Source: the human T2T-CHM13v2.0 reference genome, Homo sapiens
Assembly: GCF_009914755.1 (NCBI RefSeq)
Contig: NC_060929.1
Direction: 5' to 3' (one strand)
Length of the DNA stretch: 64,000 bases
Position 1 is the stretch's first letter; every line of letters begins with the position of its first letter. The translations under genes and the position numbers were made by a program. The notes under the pieces were generated by a model. It made no database searches. It saw only the letters and a program-made list of their open reading frames with translations, and had not been told where the DNA came from. This document shows, in pieces, positions 13,465-28,399 of this stretch.

Positions 13465-15975
13465 CTAAAGGAACAAGATTAAATTATAATTAATTTTTAA
13501 TATTTTTATGTCAACTGTAATGGTTATCTTATTGAATCAACTCACAAAGTTATTAATCAAAATAAAAAATGTTATTGCAGAAGACATTTTATGAGACAGT
13601 TGATCCATAAGGAAGATCATCTGTGGTGCCTTCAGCCCTTGAAGTACTAACGATAAAATTTTCAACAGTGTTAATGCTGCAATCTGCTTTGAAATGGGGG
13701 TCCAGCAATACTCACGTCACAAAAGTTAATTTGTATCCAAGTCTTTAAGAATGTATTCCACCCATAATTTAAAAGTCTGTATATTAATGCCAGTATATTC
13801 CTTAGATTTGTTAACATAAATCATTAGTTGAGTTTCTTCAACATTGTTCTAATTATAGGTAATATAGCAAAATGCATAAACTTCCTTTTTATATTTCAAA
13901 TTCAATATGAAATTTGGGTACAATTCCATGTTCAGCATTTTCTTTACTTGTTTTTTAAAATTGCATTTAAGGATGTGACTTTGATCCTAGTTTTCTTATA
14001 ACGATTTAAATGCCCTAGATTTTAGCAGTGGGATTTAATTTAATAAATGCTGGATCTCTATGTTTGAAGACAAAAACAAATTCTCTCTTTGCTTTATTCA
14101 GTTTGAAAAGATAGATTTTAGTAATTTGTTGTAATGTGTATGAAACATATTTCAGAATGTAGATCAAGCTTCCTAAAGAAATGTTTTTAAAATAAAGATT
14201 TTAAGTAATACAGGTTCAAATTCATTTTGTCAGTACTAAATTCATTTCTCAGTACCAGTACTTACTGGTGTACTATCTAAAAGAAACTATGTGTGGAGAA
14301 CAACAATACTGCATTCAGGTGGTTTGTATCAATGGTAGCCCAGTCTAAAGATGGAGCAGTGAGGAGGGACCAGTCTAAAATGTGGTGATCAGGGAAGGCC
14401 TTCTGAACAGGCGACACAGGAGTAACACCTGGCAGAAGGTAAGAGAGCAAACCACAGGTTGGAAGTAAGTTCTAATGCAATCAATTGTTTCAACAATTTT
14501 AACGTTTGATACACAGAAGGTTGTCAAAAGCAAAACACATGTTTTTTCTTTAAACGAATTACATATTTTCCTACTTTTTATAGTTTTACAAACATTTTCA
14601 CATGTATACTTTCTATATTAAACACATTTTAGCAGTAATTGCCATATATGTAATATGTATACAATGTTTACTAAAAATTAAGTGAATAGAATTCCGTTTA
14701 TGAAACAAATAAAATAATTGGAATATTTATTTTCAAATAGTTTGGTGGCAAAAAATGTTTATATTGACTATCATTTATTCTTGAAATATTTAACATACAG
14801 TACCGCATAAATGTTTATATAATGCTTCTAATATATATGAGGAAAATGTAGGGATACAAAATGTCTTTTTCATGACATCAACCTAGAGGTACAGACTATA
14901 TAATTATTCAGACCTGGAACAGCATGCAAACATTTGTATATTTGTTCAACCTCAGAAATCTAGGCTTATGTGTCTGATGATTTAAGACTTCTTTTTAACC
15001 TCTGACTCTTAATAGCATCTGAAAGTACTCTGTAAGGCAAGAATCTACTATAAAATAGGATTACATGGGGCTTTCAAACAGCAAATGAAAGAAAGAAATG
15101 AGTGGTAAGATGCAAGGAAGATCAAATACTGTTTTCATTCTAAATTTTAGTCTCCGGTTGAACGTTTCTTTCCTGCTATTTGGTAATTCTAAACGTCTAG
15201 AAAGTCTGTTCAGTAGATCTTTGAATGAAAACCAAAGTGGATATCTGTATAATTTTATGTTCTTTGAAGAGGTTTTCAATGCATTCTCAAAGAAAACCTG
15301 AATTTCTAAGAATTGTAACAATTAGTGAAAATAGGAATTTGAAACATAGGAAGTCAAAACTATTATATTGCTATTTGTTTATGTTGTTTAGTTTTGACTT
15401 GATATCTTTTCCAAAGGCATGGCTAGATGAAATGAGAATCTGACCAGAGTCCACATGCTCACACTTCCTCTTTCTCTTGTGTTGGAGTAGGGCAAACTGA
15501 GCCTTTCTTCTGACAAATCACTCACATGGTTTGCAAAATAAGCTAAAAAGATGTTCAACAAGTATGGTAAGGTTATCATATTAAATATTAAAGTCACCAT
15601 ATTAAAACATTGGTTTGAACCTCTTTTAACTAAGATTTCAGAAATCATAAGTGTATTACCAAAAAATTTAGCCATGATTCTCAGTCTATAATATGGATGA
15701 CTTTTGCCAGAAGACTTTTATGAACACTTTGAAATTCTTAAATACATAGACCTAAGGAAATCAAGGAATGCCTTTTTTAGCTTATTACAAACTTTCTAAC
15801 AACACAAAAACAAATGTACATGGGAATACCATAAAAGGAGTAAAGCCCTCATTACCACTGAGCTCTAGGTAATTTCGCTATTCTTGTTTCATGCTTTCTG
15901 GCAACATGGTGAGGTAAGAGTCAGTATTCCCTTTTTATAGATGAGAAAACTGACAGGGAAAAGTCAGTAACTTGC

Positions 15976-16743
15976 TGCATTAGTTTTCTAGGGCTGCTGT
16001 AACAAAGCACTACAAACTGGGTGGATTAAACAACAGAAATTTACTGTCTCACAGTTCTGAAGGCTGGAAGCCCAAAATCAAGGCGTCTTAGTTCATGCTG
16101 CTATAACAAAGTGCCATAGACCAGATGGCTTTTCAGCAATAGGATTGATTTATCCCCATTCCAGAAGCTGAAAATCTGATGTGAAGGTGCCAGCGTGATT
16201 GGGTTTTGGTGAGACCTCACTTCCAGGTTGCAAACTGCTGACTTCTCCTTATATCCTCACATGGCCCAAATGAGCTAGCTCTCTGTCTTCTTTTAATAAG
16301 GGTGCTAGTCCTATTCATGAGGGTTCCACCCTCATTACCTAATTACCTCCCAAAAGTCCCACTTCCCCAAATACTATGTAATTTGTGGTTATATTTCAAC
16401 ATTTGAAGTTTGGAAGGACACAAGCATTCAGTCTGTAATGCAAGGTATCTGCAAGATTGGCTCCTTCCAAGGGCTGTGAGGAAGGATGTGTTCTAGGCCT
16501 TCTCCTTGTCTTGTAAATAGCCATCTCTTCCCTGGGTCCTCATATCTCCCCTCTGTTCATGTTTGTGTCCAAACCTCCTCTTCTTATAAAGACATCAGTC
16601 ATATTAGACAAACAAATGACCTCATTTTAATTTGATTACCCCTGTGGAGACCCTATCTTCAAATAAGGTCACATTCTGAGATACTAGAAGTTAGAAGGTC
16701 AACATAGGAATGGGGGATGGGGGCCACAGTTCAACCCATAATG
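15976..16743 (-). mobile_element. MLT1B/C-like MaLR LTR inserted in a MIR, containing a nested MLT1A-like LTR (16084-16440)
   Basis: Outer TSD cttgc (15971-15975 / 16744-16748); inner TSD caagg (16079-16083 / 16441-16445); MIR halves on both sides (gatgagaaaactga...cttgc | cagag...tccaaagcc). Confidence 0.85.
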
Positions 16744-17630
16744 CTTGCCAGAGTTGCTTTAGTAAATGGGCAAAGAAGTTGGAAGTTCAAACACAGGTAC
16801 GACTAATTCCAAAGCCTACGGCCTTCACATAACAGGGCACTTCTTCTTATGTGAAGTATGATACATGCAGTAGATAGTTATGCATTCGGTAGATAATTAT
16901 TTGGTAGATAAATAATAGTCATTTATTAGTCCTAGAGCCAGGGAACTTATTTCTCTGCCAAGGAAGGCAGTTGCATAAGTGACCTGTGATAAGACTTAAG
17001 AGGACCAGGAATGCCAATTTCTTAGATAGGTCAGCCCAAATGCTAGCTTCACTTGCATGGACTTTCCTAAATCCTTTATTATAACACATAAATATTTTTT
17101 GTGTCTTATTCAACTTATAGCATGAATAATACTTTCTGTCTGATATACCAACAAATTATGAGCTTTTTGAAGGCTTGTGTTCCCATAAAACTGAAAAAAA
17201 ATGAAAACCCAAGAGAATGAAAAATGAAATATAAGGAAATGTACATTAAATCCACCATAGGTTACTATGACTCAACTACTGGGATGATTAAGATTTTAAA
17301 ATACTGACAATCCCAATTGAAAGTCTCACACATTGCAGATGAGAATGAGAAATTTTATAGCCACTCTGGGAAATAGTTTGGCTGTTTCTGATAACATTAA
17401 ATATACACTTACCATATGAGCTAGAACTCTAACTCCTGGGTATTTACCTCAGAAGAAACAACACTCATGTTCACACAAATATCTGTACAAAAATGTTCAC
17501 AGTAGTTTTATCTATAATAATAAAAAACTGGAAACAACCCAAATGTTCTTCAATAGGTGAATGAATAAGCAAACTATGATTCTTCCATACAATGTAATAA
17601 TACTCATTAGTTTTTTAAAAAGAACTACTG

Positions 17631-17967
<337 letters not shown>

Positions 17968-18405
17968 CTAATAACAAAAGTTTATATAGTTGACCCTTGA
18001 ACAATGTGCAACCCTCCACAAAGTCAAAAATCAGTGGATAACTTTGGACTTCCCCAGAACTTAACTTCTAATAGTCTACTGTTGACTGGAAGGTTTACCT
18101 ATAACATAAACAGCCAATTAACACATATTTTATATGTTATCGATATTATGTACTGTATTTTCATAACAAAGTAAGCTAAAGAAAGAAATGTTACTGAGAA
18201 AATCATAAGGAAGAGAAAATATATTTACTATTAACATTAAGTGGAAGTGGATCCTCATAAACGTCATCATTTTTGTCAACTTCATGTTGAGTAGACTGAG
18301 AAAGAGGAGGAAGAGGAGGGATTGGTCTTGCTGTCTCAGGAGTGGCAGAGGTGGAAGAGGTGGAGAAGGTGGAAGGGGAAGTGAGTGAGGCCAGCACACG
18401 TGGTG

Positions 18406-19542
18406 TGTAACCGAAATACAGGTTCAGTAGGTCACTGCTTGCAGAATCCAATTAACGAGAGCGAGGTCTGGTATAAAGAATGTGTTATTTTATTCCAAAG
18501 CCGGCTTAGGGAAAGTGAGATGGGAGAGTTCCCTTGACCCCTTCGTGGGGCTTGCGACAGGTGTGTATGCTTAAAACCTTTGTGGGTGGGGGAACATACA
18601 GGTGAGCAGGTACAGGAGCTGCAGCAAGTGCCTATGGGTGCCAGCAGGAATGAACCCTGTACCAGCTTGCAGCAGTGTCTAGGGGTTGCCCATGACCTCT
18701 GGAGCCCCAGAGGGTGTGTGTTACAATGTTTTTTTTAGCTTTGCTGCCCATGGATAGCTTAAGCGTTACAAAGCTCAGAGAAGAGTCAGTGTGACAGCCT
18801 TTTTGGGTTCCCGCACCCAGTGCGTCCCAAATTCTTGTCTGGTGACCAGGAAGAATCAGGTCACATGAACAGATTGAAGGGTGGTGTATGCAGAGGATTT
18901 TATTGGGTGATGGAAGTGACTTTTACTGAGATGGGGAACTGGAAAGAGGATGGAGTGGGAAGATAATCTTCCCGTGGAGTTTGGCTGTCCCTGGCTGACC
19001 TCCTCTCTGATCATCCCGGGCCAAACTCCTCTTGATGTTCAGATGCTTCTCTTCTCTCCTTCTCTGCTGTGCTGAGAAGGGTACAGGGTGAAGGGCATGG
19101 CAGGGCAAAAGGCAACATTCGGGTGGGAAAACAGACATGTGAAGTTCTCATTTAGGGTTGTGGGCCCAGGCTTGAGGGTGGAACACTGCCAGGGACTCTG
19201 CCCTTTTTTACCCAGTATTTCTCTGCCTCTTGTCCATGTTAAAAGGAGTAAAGGCTTCTAGACCTAAGGGTACCACTTCACTTTTGGAGGAGAAAGCAGG
19301 TGCTTTTAAAGGTAGGGGTGGGGGATGGCTGGCATGAATGGCCTGCAAGGGAAGAAATGAGCAGGTGGGGTCCACCCACTTTCTTCAGTGCCCTGTAAAA
19401 GTGTCGGTGAAGGGGAGTAAAAAGGTTATAATTGCATTTCTAAAGGGCTAAGTCGGAAGTGGGCAGCAGGGGAAAACAGAAAAGTAAAGAGAAAATAATA
19501 ATAATAGTAACATTCTCTTTTTCTTAGGGGTACTCTGTTACA
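18406..19542 (-). mobile_element. ERV1 solo LTR (LTR29/LTR36-like)
   Basis: tgtaac...gttaca termini; 4-bp TSD ggtg/gttg; interrupted at 18516-19241. Confidence 0.7.
18516..19241 (-). mobile_element. ERV1 solo LTR (LTR27/LTR28/MER52 family)
   Basis: Reverse complement starts ...ggacaagaggcagagaaatactgggta; perfect 4-bp TSD aaag (18512-18515 / 19242-19245). Confidence 0.78.
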
Positions 19543-20057
19543 GTTGTAATTTCACTTAAAAAGACATGCATAAAAGTAGACCCACACATTTCAAACCCTT
19601 GTTGTTTGAGTCAATGGTATACATATGATTACATGTATATGATATACTTTAAAGGGAAAACAACATTGATAGATAACAGATTAACAGTTTCCAGGCTTTA
19701 TGTGTGGAGGTAGAGTGTGACTATAAAGGAAGAGAATAAGGGAGTTTTTTGGGTGATGGTATTTTTCTGTATTTTAATTGTAGGGTTAGTTACATGAATC
19801 TACATATGTGTTAAAATTCATAAAGTTGTACACCAAAATAAAGTCAATTTTAATTATATAGTAATTCTTAAAATAAAATTAAAATGTCTCTTCTCTTTCA
19901 CCATTGAGGGATTAAAAAATACTAATTAAATCATATTCCCTTATCTTCATTATAAGCCTGAAGATTTCATATTTCCTACATGTACTTGGTATTTGCCTTT
20001 TTATAAAATGAATGTATTACATCTATATGAGATCACTAATAAAATGAAGAGATATGA

Positions 20058-20402
<345 letters not shown>

Positions 20403-20869
20403 TGATTCTTTTAGAAAAATTGTATTTTGTGAATTGTTTTCTCAGGCATTGACAAGGTTCTTAGAATGGTACATTCTTAGTCTTTGTGTAGAATAGCATC
20501 TTACAGTTCATTTCATTCTCCAGTTGTATTACCCAGAGAAACACAAATACCCAGAGAAACACAGTGTTCTTATAGTTTTAAGGATTTATGCTTTGGGGTG
20601 TTCAATAAATAGTTCTTCAATGAATGATTATGAATGAAGATGTCTAGGATATTGTACACTGATGTGTGAAGTTTAAGCCATCAAAATTTTCCTAATTTTT
20701 GTTTATGGTGGAACAATTACTCTCACTATTTAATGAAAAAATAGATCCATTAAATTCTTTCTATCTGCCAAAGCATTATTAATCTTTAAAAGTTTACAAT
20801 CTAGTGCAATGCATGTTTGTGTGTGCATGTTTGTTGAATCATAATTCCACCAATATGGTACATGCATTC

Positions 20870-21490
20870 TGAAACCCAGGGGTGTAGCAGTCGCTGTAGA
20901 AACACAGAATAAAAATACCCTTGACCTTCTCAGATAATATTAGTGAAGCCTTCCTATAGGCAATTGCATTTGAACTGAAACATAATGGATGAATATAAAG
21001 ATGATATTCGGGTGACAGTCAATAAGGAAAAAACATTTCAGGCTATGTATGCAATAGCAAATGCAAAGGCAAAACAGTTTGAATGAGGAAGAAAGAAGTA
21101 AATACACTGGAGAATCGCATATTTGTTTTGGGGTAAGAGATGACCTAAGAAGGCATTGTGGGTGGTAAAATTTAAAACATTGGCAGAGTCAGATCATGAA
21201 AGTCATGTTGTGTCATCCTAAGAGGTTTGGATTTTATTGTGTAGGAGGCACCATGTCATTAAAGGATTTTAAAAGGGAAATGATATGATCAAATTAGGCA
21301 TTTATAAGGCATGTATTTCCAGCAATGTGAAGATGATTTGGAGGTTGAAAAAAAGACTATTTAACTGCCTGGCAAGAAATTGGAAGGCCCTCATCTCAGG
21401 TATTAGAAGCGGGCCAGTGTGGAGGAGAAAGATTACAGAAATAACCAGGTGGCCAAATCCACAGGGCTTGCAAAATCTGGAGTATGTGAA
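20870..21490 (-). mobile_element. L2 fragment
   Basis: Purine-rich L2 reverse motifs (cagatcatgaaag...gaggtttggattttatt...aaggattttaa...gatatgatcaaatt). Confidence 0.6.
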
Positions 21491-22763
21491 TGGACTGGAA
21501 ATAACAGTTCAGTCAACTAGCAGTATTCAGCCCATGTAAATTGCTTATTCCATTCGGATGGCATCTAAAAATTGGAATTGTCGATTCTATGGTGAAAAGA
21601 ATAATTATTCACCCAAGCCCTAAGGCTCTCTAAGTCTTTAGCTAATACATTTGTACAATTTTCTAAATTATCTGAAAGAGGCCATACAATACGCCAAACT
21701 TAGCATACTGCATAGCCAACTTTTCACCTAGCCAAGATAGTTTTCTCCTGCAACACTTTTTAAATGGCAATCCAAATGTGAATTATGGACAATTTCTTTC
21801 ACCAAACTCAGGCAACCTCATTTACAGTAGCAACATCTGTGGAAAATATTTAATTGCTTCTTTTCAATCTAATTGAAACTACCCAGTATAACTTTAAAAA
21901 GAAAGAAAGAGTCAAAGCAAAACGTGGAATTTTTAAGTACAGCTTTTGTAGTAACATTTTGAGCAATTTCTAGCCACTGAAAAATGCTGATTGGTTGCCT
22001 AGAGGGTTATGCTAAGGAAAACAAGACAGAAATCTAAGCTGTAGAATTCATGAAAACCTTTATCATGGCAAACAATAGTGAAACCCAACATTGCCTGGAA
22101 GGGGAAATTTGAGTCTGCAATCTGTTAGACTTTATGCACTGATAAGTGATAAGATTCTGTGCTGCATTTGAAAAGAATACAGTAAACACAATTCTAGACA
22201 GACCTGCCTCAGGCTTAAGATGACACTTAAGTGCTCTGTAAGCAAAAAAGAAAAAGCTCTTCTGGACATTATAAACTGCTTTTATTTTCCAGCATTAAAG
22301 CTAAATGTCAAGTAATATCTATTAACAGGAAATAAGTCCTCTTTACTGTGTTTCACCCAGTCTGTATTTGATGTGAACAGAGAAAGTAATTATTGCTTGA
22401 AGTAGAAATATATGTGAATATTTTAAAATCCTATCACAGAAGCCCTTTAGTTTTTTCATGTTACCACTACCCCCAAAAACAAACAAACTAAACTAAATGC
22501 CATTAGAATAGAATAAGTAAATATTTGTTGGTAAATCTGAGTTGAAATTCATTTTCCACAATGAAAAAACAATAACTAATAATTATGTAATCATTAACAT
22601 TGATAATCATATTTCTTTAACACAAATGTTTCCTGTAGGAATTCTCAAACTGAAAGGGAGGAAACAACAGTATCTTTTATTATGCTGGGCCACAAATTTG
22701 ATGACCTAAAACAAAAATTATTTGGATTTCTGAATGTAAAGTATTCTACCAATGCCTTGAAAC

Positions 22764-23461
22764 TGTTACCAGAGATCTGAGTTATCCCAAGTTACCAACA
22801 GTGTATCCGTATGTGTCCCTCCCAACTTCAGTCCTTGCCTCCTCAGAAGAAAGAACTTGACTGAGGGCATAAAGCAGAAAAAGAGAGGCAAGTTCTAGAG
22901 CAGGAGTGGAAGTTTATTTAAAAAGGCTTTAGAACAGGAGGGAAAGGAAAATTCGCTTGAAAGAGACCCAAGCAGACGCCTGAAGGTCCAAGAGAGAAAA
23001 AAAGGACAAAAGATAACAGAAAAAAAAAAAGAGCCTTTAACCTTGATCCTAGGACTTAATAAGCTTGCCTCTTTCCCATAATTCTTTGCTTAGAGTGAGC
23101 TTCCCGCGTGCGCAGAGCCCTCCTTACCCTTGGAAAGTGAGCAAACACAGTGTGTTCACGGAGTTATACATATGCCCATCTGAGGCTTTCTTCCTTTTTC
23201 CAGTGGAGTGTACCTGGAATATCATACTTCACCATTTTCGTCTCTTAACAAGCATGCCCAGAAACTGTTTCTCCCTGAGATCTGCCTTCAGTTAACACTT
23301 TTAATGTTAACAGGTGTGGACCATCAGGAGATTTCTCCCTGGTAGGTGAATTATCATTTTTAAGAGAGGCAAAGAAATAATTCTGGAATCATCACCTGAC
23401 ATTTCTAGTGGGTTGGGGGAGAGCCCTCTCCTGCCCCACTCATGCCTAACTGCCTGTTACA
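22764..23461 (-). mobile_element. MER50-like ERV1 solo LTR
   Basis: tgttacc...tgttaca termini; perfect TSD aaac; cctcagaagaaagaa..tgactgagggcataa motif. Confidence 0.85.
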
Positions 23462-23509
23462 AAACTAGGGCACTCTGTGAAATTGTACATGGCACTTATT
23501 TAAAAATTA

Positions 23510-23800
<291 letters not shown>

Positions 23801-24289
23801 TTACAAAGAAGAAAATAGAGTGATTTATGGACATTTACTAAAGTATTATTTACTATTAGAGCATATGAATTTCCATATTGTGGACTATAATATGAAAGTC
23901 ATAGGGCATTTGTATTAAAATTATTGAGTGATTTTGGGTTGGAGAATAAAATTAATTTCTACAGTTTGATACTGGGGCACATTGTCTTCCCTTCTAATAA
24001 TCCTACATATGTGGTATTATCCATATAATTTACAATTAAATGTACATAATGGAAGTAATATGAGGAGTTTATCAGTTGCATGGTTTGAGTTTTAAAAACA
24101 CAGAATTATAGTTTTTCTCTTATCGTCTTGAATTATGTAAGCTTTAACACATTTTCTCTTTCGTACTAGCTTTAAAGGCACATTTTCTGATTATTAACAA
24201 ATTTGTATTTTGTTATTTGACATTTTCAGATGTAAGATTTAGAAAACTGTTAACAAAATCTTTACTTTTAATATACTAAAAAGTATTAA

Positions 24290-24700
24290 AGTTGTCTTTC
24301 CTTATCCACGTTTTCACTCTGCAGGGTTTTACTTTCCACAGTATCAGTTACCCATAGTCAACCATAGTCCAAGCACAGTAAATGGAAAATTTCAGAAATA
24401 ATTCATAAGTTTTAAATTGCCCACCATTCTGTGTACGTGATGAAAATCTCATGCTGTCCTCCTGCTCTGTCCTGCCAGGGATGTGACTCTTCTCTTTGTC
24501 CAGTGTATCCATACTGTCTATGCTCTTCACCTAGTATTCACTTAGTAGCCTTCTCAGTTATTAGTTTGACTGTCATTGTTTTGCAGTACTCGTGTTCAGG
24601 TAACCCTTATTGTACTCCATAGTGGCCGCAAAGTGCAAGAACAATGACAGACACCATGCGAAGTGATGGAAATGCAAAAATGAAAAAAGTCTTCATTGTA
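24290..24700 (+). mobile_element. MER44 (Tigger7-derived) fragment
   Basis: ccttatccac...cagttacccatagtcaacc...aaatggaaaatttcagaaata...cacttagtagcc matches MER44. Confidence 0.8.
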
Positions 24701-25593
24701 AAAAGCCATAGTGAATCTATTTAAGAAAAAAAAAACACACATATAAACAATTATTGGAATATGGAAAATGCCCATAAAGAGAAGAAAGTATCAAGGATTG
24801 AGCAAACATTTGTCACGTATAGGAAGGACTATTCAGGATGTAAGCACCTGAAAGAATAATTAACAAATAAGAATAGAGTTAAAAGAAAAATATAAGTGAA
24901 ATGGGCCAGTGATAGAGCAAGAAGGTCTTTCCCACCAAAAGCCAAAATGTATGAAATCATTTGACCTTTTGAGGAAATTTCTTCAATGTGGTATTGCAAT
25001 ATTTGATAAGATGAGGTTGAGAAGAAACATAGGGCCAAATCTGCCATGTTAAGAATTTGAATTATTTTTTTTTCCTTGAAGGTGATGGAGAGTCAGTTAT
25101 GAGTTTAGCCATAGTCAAATTTTCACATAGAAAAAAAAAAATAAAGACTGAAAGTGGTTTGGACAATGAAAGACAAAAGCTAAGGACATAAACTGCAGAA
25201 AAAGCCAGGGGCCTATATTTATGTAAGGGACAGCAAAGATACTTTTAAAGACTGCGAAGTGAATTCAATTAGGAGAGAAAAGGTGTTTCATTTCAATTTG
25301 CCAATATCAATATTTGAAATTTTGATTCTTTCTTCCACTCATAACATGTCTTCACAATTAGAAGAATAAAAATGACACTAATGTTTAAAACAGCCTATGA
25401 TTTTCTTCAGTTTAAGCAGTAAAAATATAAGTACCTGCATTTGGTCTAATTTTCTTAATTAGCTAGCTAATTATACCTTAATTTAAAAAGTTTCTAATTA
25501 TAAAATAAACTTAGTTTTCTAGGAAAAATTTGAATATCAGTTAAAGGAAGTCATATAAAAAATAAAAATTTTCTATATCTAATCATAGATAAC

Positions 25594-25949
25594 TGATATG
25601 GTTTGACTCTGTGTCCACACCCAGTTCTTACCTTGAATTATAATGATCCCCACATGTGGGAGAGACCAGGTGGGAGGTAATTGAATCATGGGGCAAGTTT
25701 TTCCTGTGCTGTTCTCATGAAAGTAAATAAGCCTCATGAGATCTGATGGTTTCATAAAGAGGAGTTCCCCTGCACTCACTCTCTTGCCTGCTGGCACGTA
25801 AGACATCTCTTTGCTCCTGGTTTGTCTTCAGCCATGATTGTGAGGCCTCCCCAGCCCTGTGGAACTGTGAGTCGATTAAAGCTCTTTCCTTTATAAATTA
25901 CCCAGGCTTGGGTATGTCTTTATTAGCATCATGAGAATGGACTAATAAA
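25594..25949 (+). mobile_element. THE1 (B/C-like) solo LTR
   Basis: tgatatggtttg...catgagatctgatggttt...gccatgattgtgaggcctccccagcc...gactaata; TSD ataac. Confidence 0.93.
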
Positions 25950-28399
25950 ATAACTAATCACTATTTTCAATTTGGTACATTTCCACATATATCTGGTTTA
26001 CAAATGCATAGGACATTGTGTTCCTGGGTGTTAAAGCATTTAACCAACCAATTTGTGCGCTAAAACTTGTTTTGATATTTTGAAAATTTTCATAGTAATA
26101 TGGGGAGCATACTTGTGTAAAAATCACTGGAAACATCTATGATAATTTCTTTGTGATAAATTCTACAATAGGGAAAGGCATTTTCAGACTCTTGAAGCTG
26201 CCCTAAGGAAAGCCTGTACCCATTGCATTGCTCATTTTTGTCATTAATGCTGGGTATTATGTTTTAAATATTTTAAAATATAATAGGAAATAACCATTAT
26301 GTTTTTATTGTTTAAATTTATATTCCTTTAATTACTAAAACAGTGAAAATGTTTTTCCATAGAATTTGACGAGACAAAAATTATCTTTTTGAAACTTCAA
26401 TATGCAAAATATGATTATCCTTTCCACTTACACAAAAGATCCAAACAAAACACTGCCAATAAAAGTACAAAACTATAAGGCAAAATATTTTTCTTCTTCT
26501 TGTATTAAAATTCAAACAAATAAAAATTAGCTTTAGAAATCTTTTTTTTAACTAAAGAATTAAAATTATGAGATAAATTAACCTGGTTTAGTCACCACTT
26601 TTTAGGCCAAAAAGAGATTCGTTGGGAATAGAAGGAAATTAATGAAACAGTTTCAGACTTTCTTGCTATTTTATTAATAAACAAGAATATGGGGCAATTT
26701 CTGTCACACATACTTTTAAGAAATAACCAAAAATTGCTATCTACTATATATATAAGTCTAAAATTAAGATTGTGAATCCCCAGCTTTAAAAAAAAATACA
26801 GAAGGAATTAGGCTGTACACAATTAAGAACCCATGACACCAGGTGTCAAGACAAACTTTCATGATGCAGACCACACACAGCCACCTTGAGTTATTCAAAA
26901 ATATGATTTCAATTTTACAAATTGTGCTTAGGTGTTGGCCTGATTATTTGTACTTGGTCAATGAGGTTCTGAGAAATTGATAACATGTAAGTTCCAAAAA
27001 CAGAGGAAGTAAAGAGAGGAAAAGTTAAGTGGTGAGGGAACTTGTTGACAAAATGACAGTGTCATTATACCTACTATTTGAAGATTTCCAAAGGCCTAGA
27101 AATGTTAGATAATTTTAAAATGTTCAATGTGGCATTTATTTTCAAAAAATAAGAATGTATCAGAAAATTGCAGTACACTTAGAGTCATTTTTATATCTAT
27201 AAACCTTCTGAAGTTGTGCACTTAATTATTTTGTATTTATCAGCAGAACAAAAGAGCAGCATTTCATTCCCTTTGTGGTTCCTGCCATCAAATGTCGAAC
27301 TGATAGAATTAAAAAAACTTTTGATAATTTCTGCCCCTGAATAACGCTAAATTTAAATAGACTATCTTTCATTTAATAACCATTCAGATAGTATTTGTTT
27401 GAAGTCAGTTGAATTTAAAGGCTTATTATTTTGTACTGAAAGTCTAAGCATGCATTTTCTGCTGTGCAACAAGGGAAATTCAGGACTGATTTGGTAACAT
27501 TCTTCCAACATTTATATTCACTCCTAGGTTATCCCATTAATATTGCAGAGATTATATTATTGTTCTATTAAATTTTTATATAAAATATAACTTAAAAAAT
27601 CAAATCAAATAAGTTACCATCTGTATATTAACTTTAATAGAAATATCATTGAAGAAAAAAATAAATTACATTTGTAATTCACTAGCAAACTTTATAAAAT
27701 ACTTATTTTAATGCAACTTTAATGTAATTTTTAGCCTCAAAAAAAAAAAAAGGCAAGTAGAAGCTTGAGAGAATTTCAAAGCTCTCTTGGTTATCAGCTT
27801 ATCCTTGTAAGCTTCTGCTTATCTTATCAAGTAAGGCATCACTTTTGCTTCCTTCTGCTAATAAGGTCTGGAGCAGAGCTTTCCTCTAGCAATTTAGTAA
27901 TTCCTTTTGCAGACAGAAGTGTTCAGTCTGTTGGCTCTCCCCTCACTTATCTCTCTATTTAGTTGTAGTTTTTTTTTCCCAGGGCAGCAAGAGATCCAAA
28001 TTCATTTCTTCCCTGGATTTTTAAGATTCTAAAGGTCCAGAAAAGTATATTTTTCCCCAAAACATTGATCTAAGTAAATTTTGGTTTTCTCAATGTCTGT
28101 GCTGGAATATAGATTCTGGGGTAAGTCATAAAACATGCTTGAATCATTCCTGAATTCACTTTTATACAAAACAATGGGTAAATTACTTAGGTCTCAGTAC
28201 CTCAGTTCCCCTTTTTGTAACCTTGTGATGCAAATGAGTAATTCACAGTGTAGTTGCAAAGATAAATGAGTTAATATAAACACCATAGTTGCATGTTTAT
28301 TACCACTACTATTAATATTACTCTTAATAGTGATAATCTCTTCAGAATATTTGGCATAATAATTATTGTTGTTATATTAAAGAGTAACTATCTCAATTT

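Larger units (their letters stand above)
17987..19617 (-). mobile_element. Tigger2-derived MITE (Tigger2a/b), split by LTR insertions
   Basis: TIR tagttgacccttgaacaa at the left end and ttgtttgagtcaatgg at the right end with TA TSD; internal sequence matches Tigger2a reverse complement. Confidence 0.85.

Noticed and set aside
15061-15675. Cluster of overlapping ORFs on both strands
   Set aside because: No recognisable homology and no convincing splice-site pair; consistent with chance
18130-18451. Two minus-strand ORFs with Pro/Ser/acidic content
   Set aside because: Lie within the Tigger2-derived MITE; low-complexity transposon remnant
20530-20564. Short two-copy tandem duplications (also 13026-13052, 38745-38783, 59575-59604, 61458-61499)
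   Set aside because: Ordinary slippage duplications; no repeat-spacer array, so not CRISPR-like
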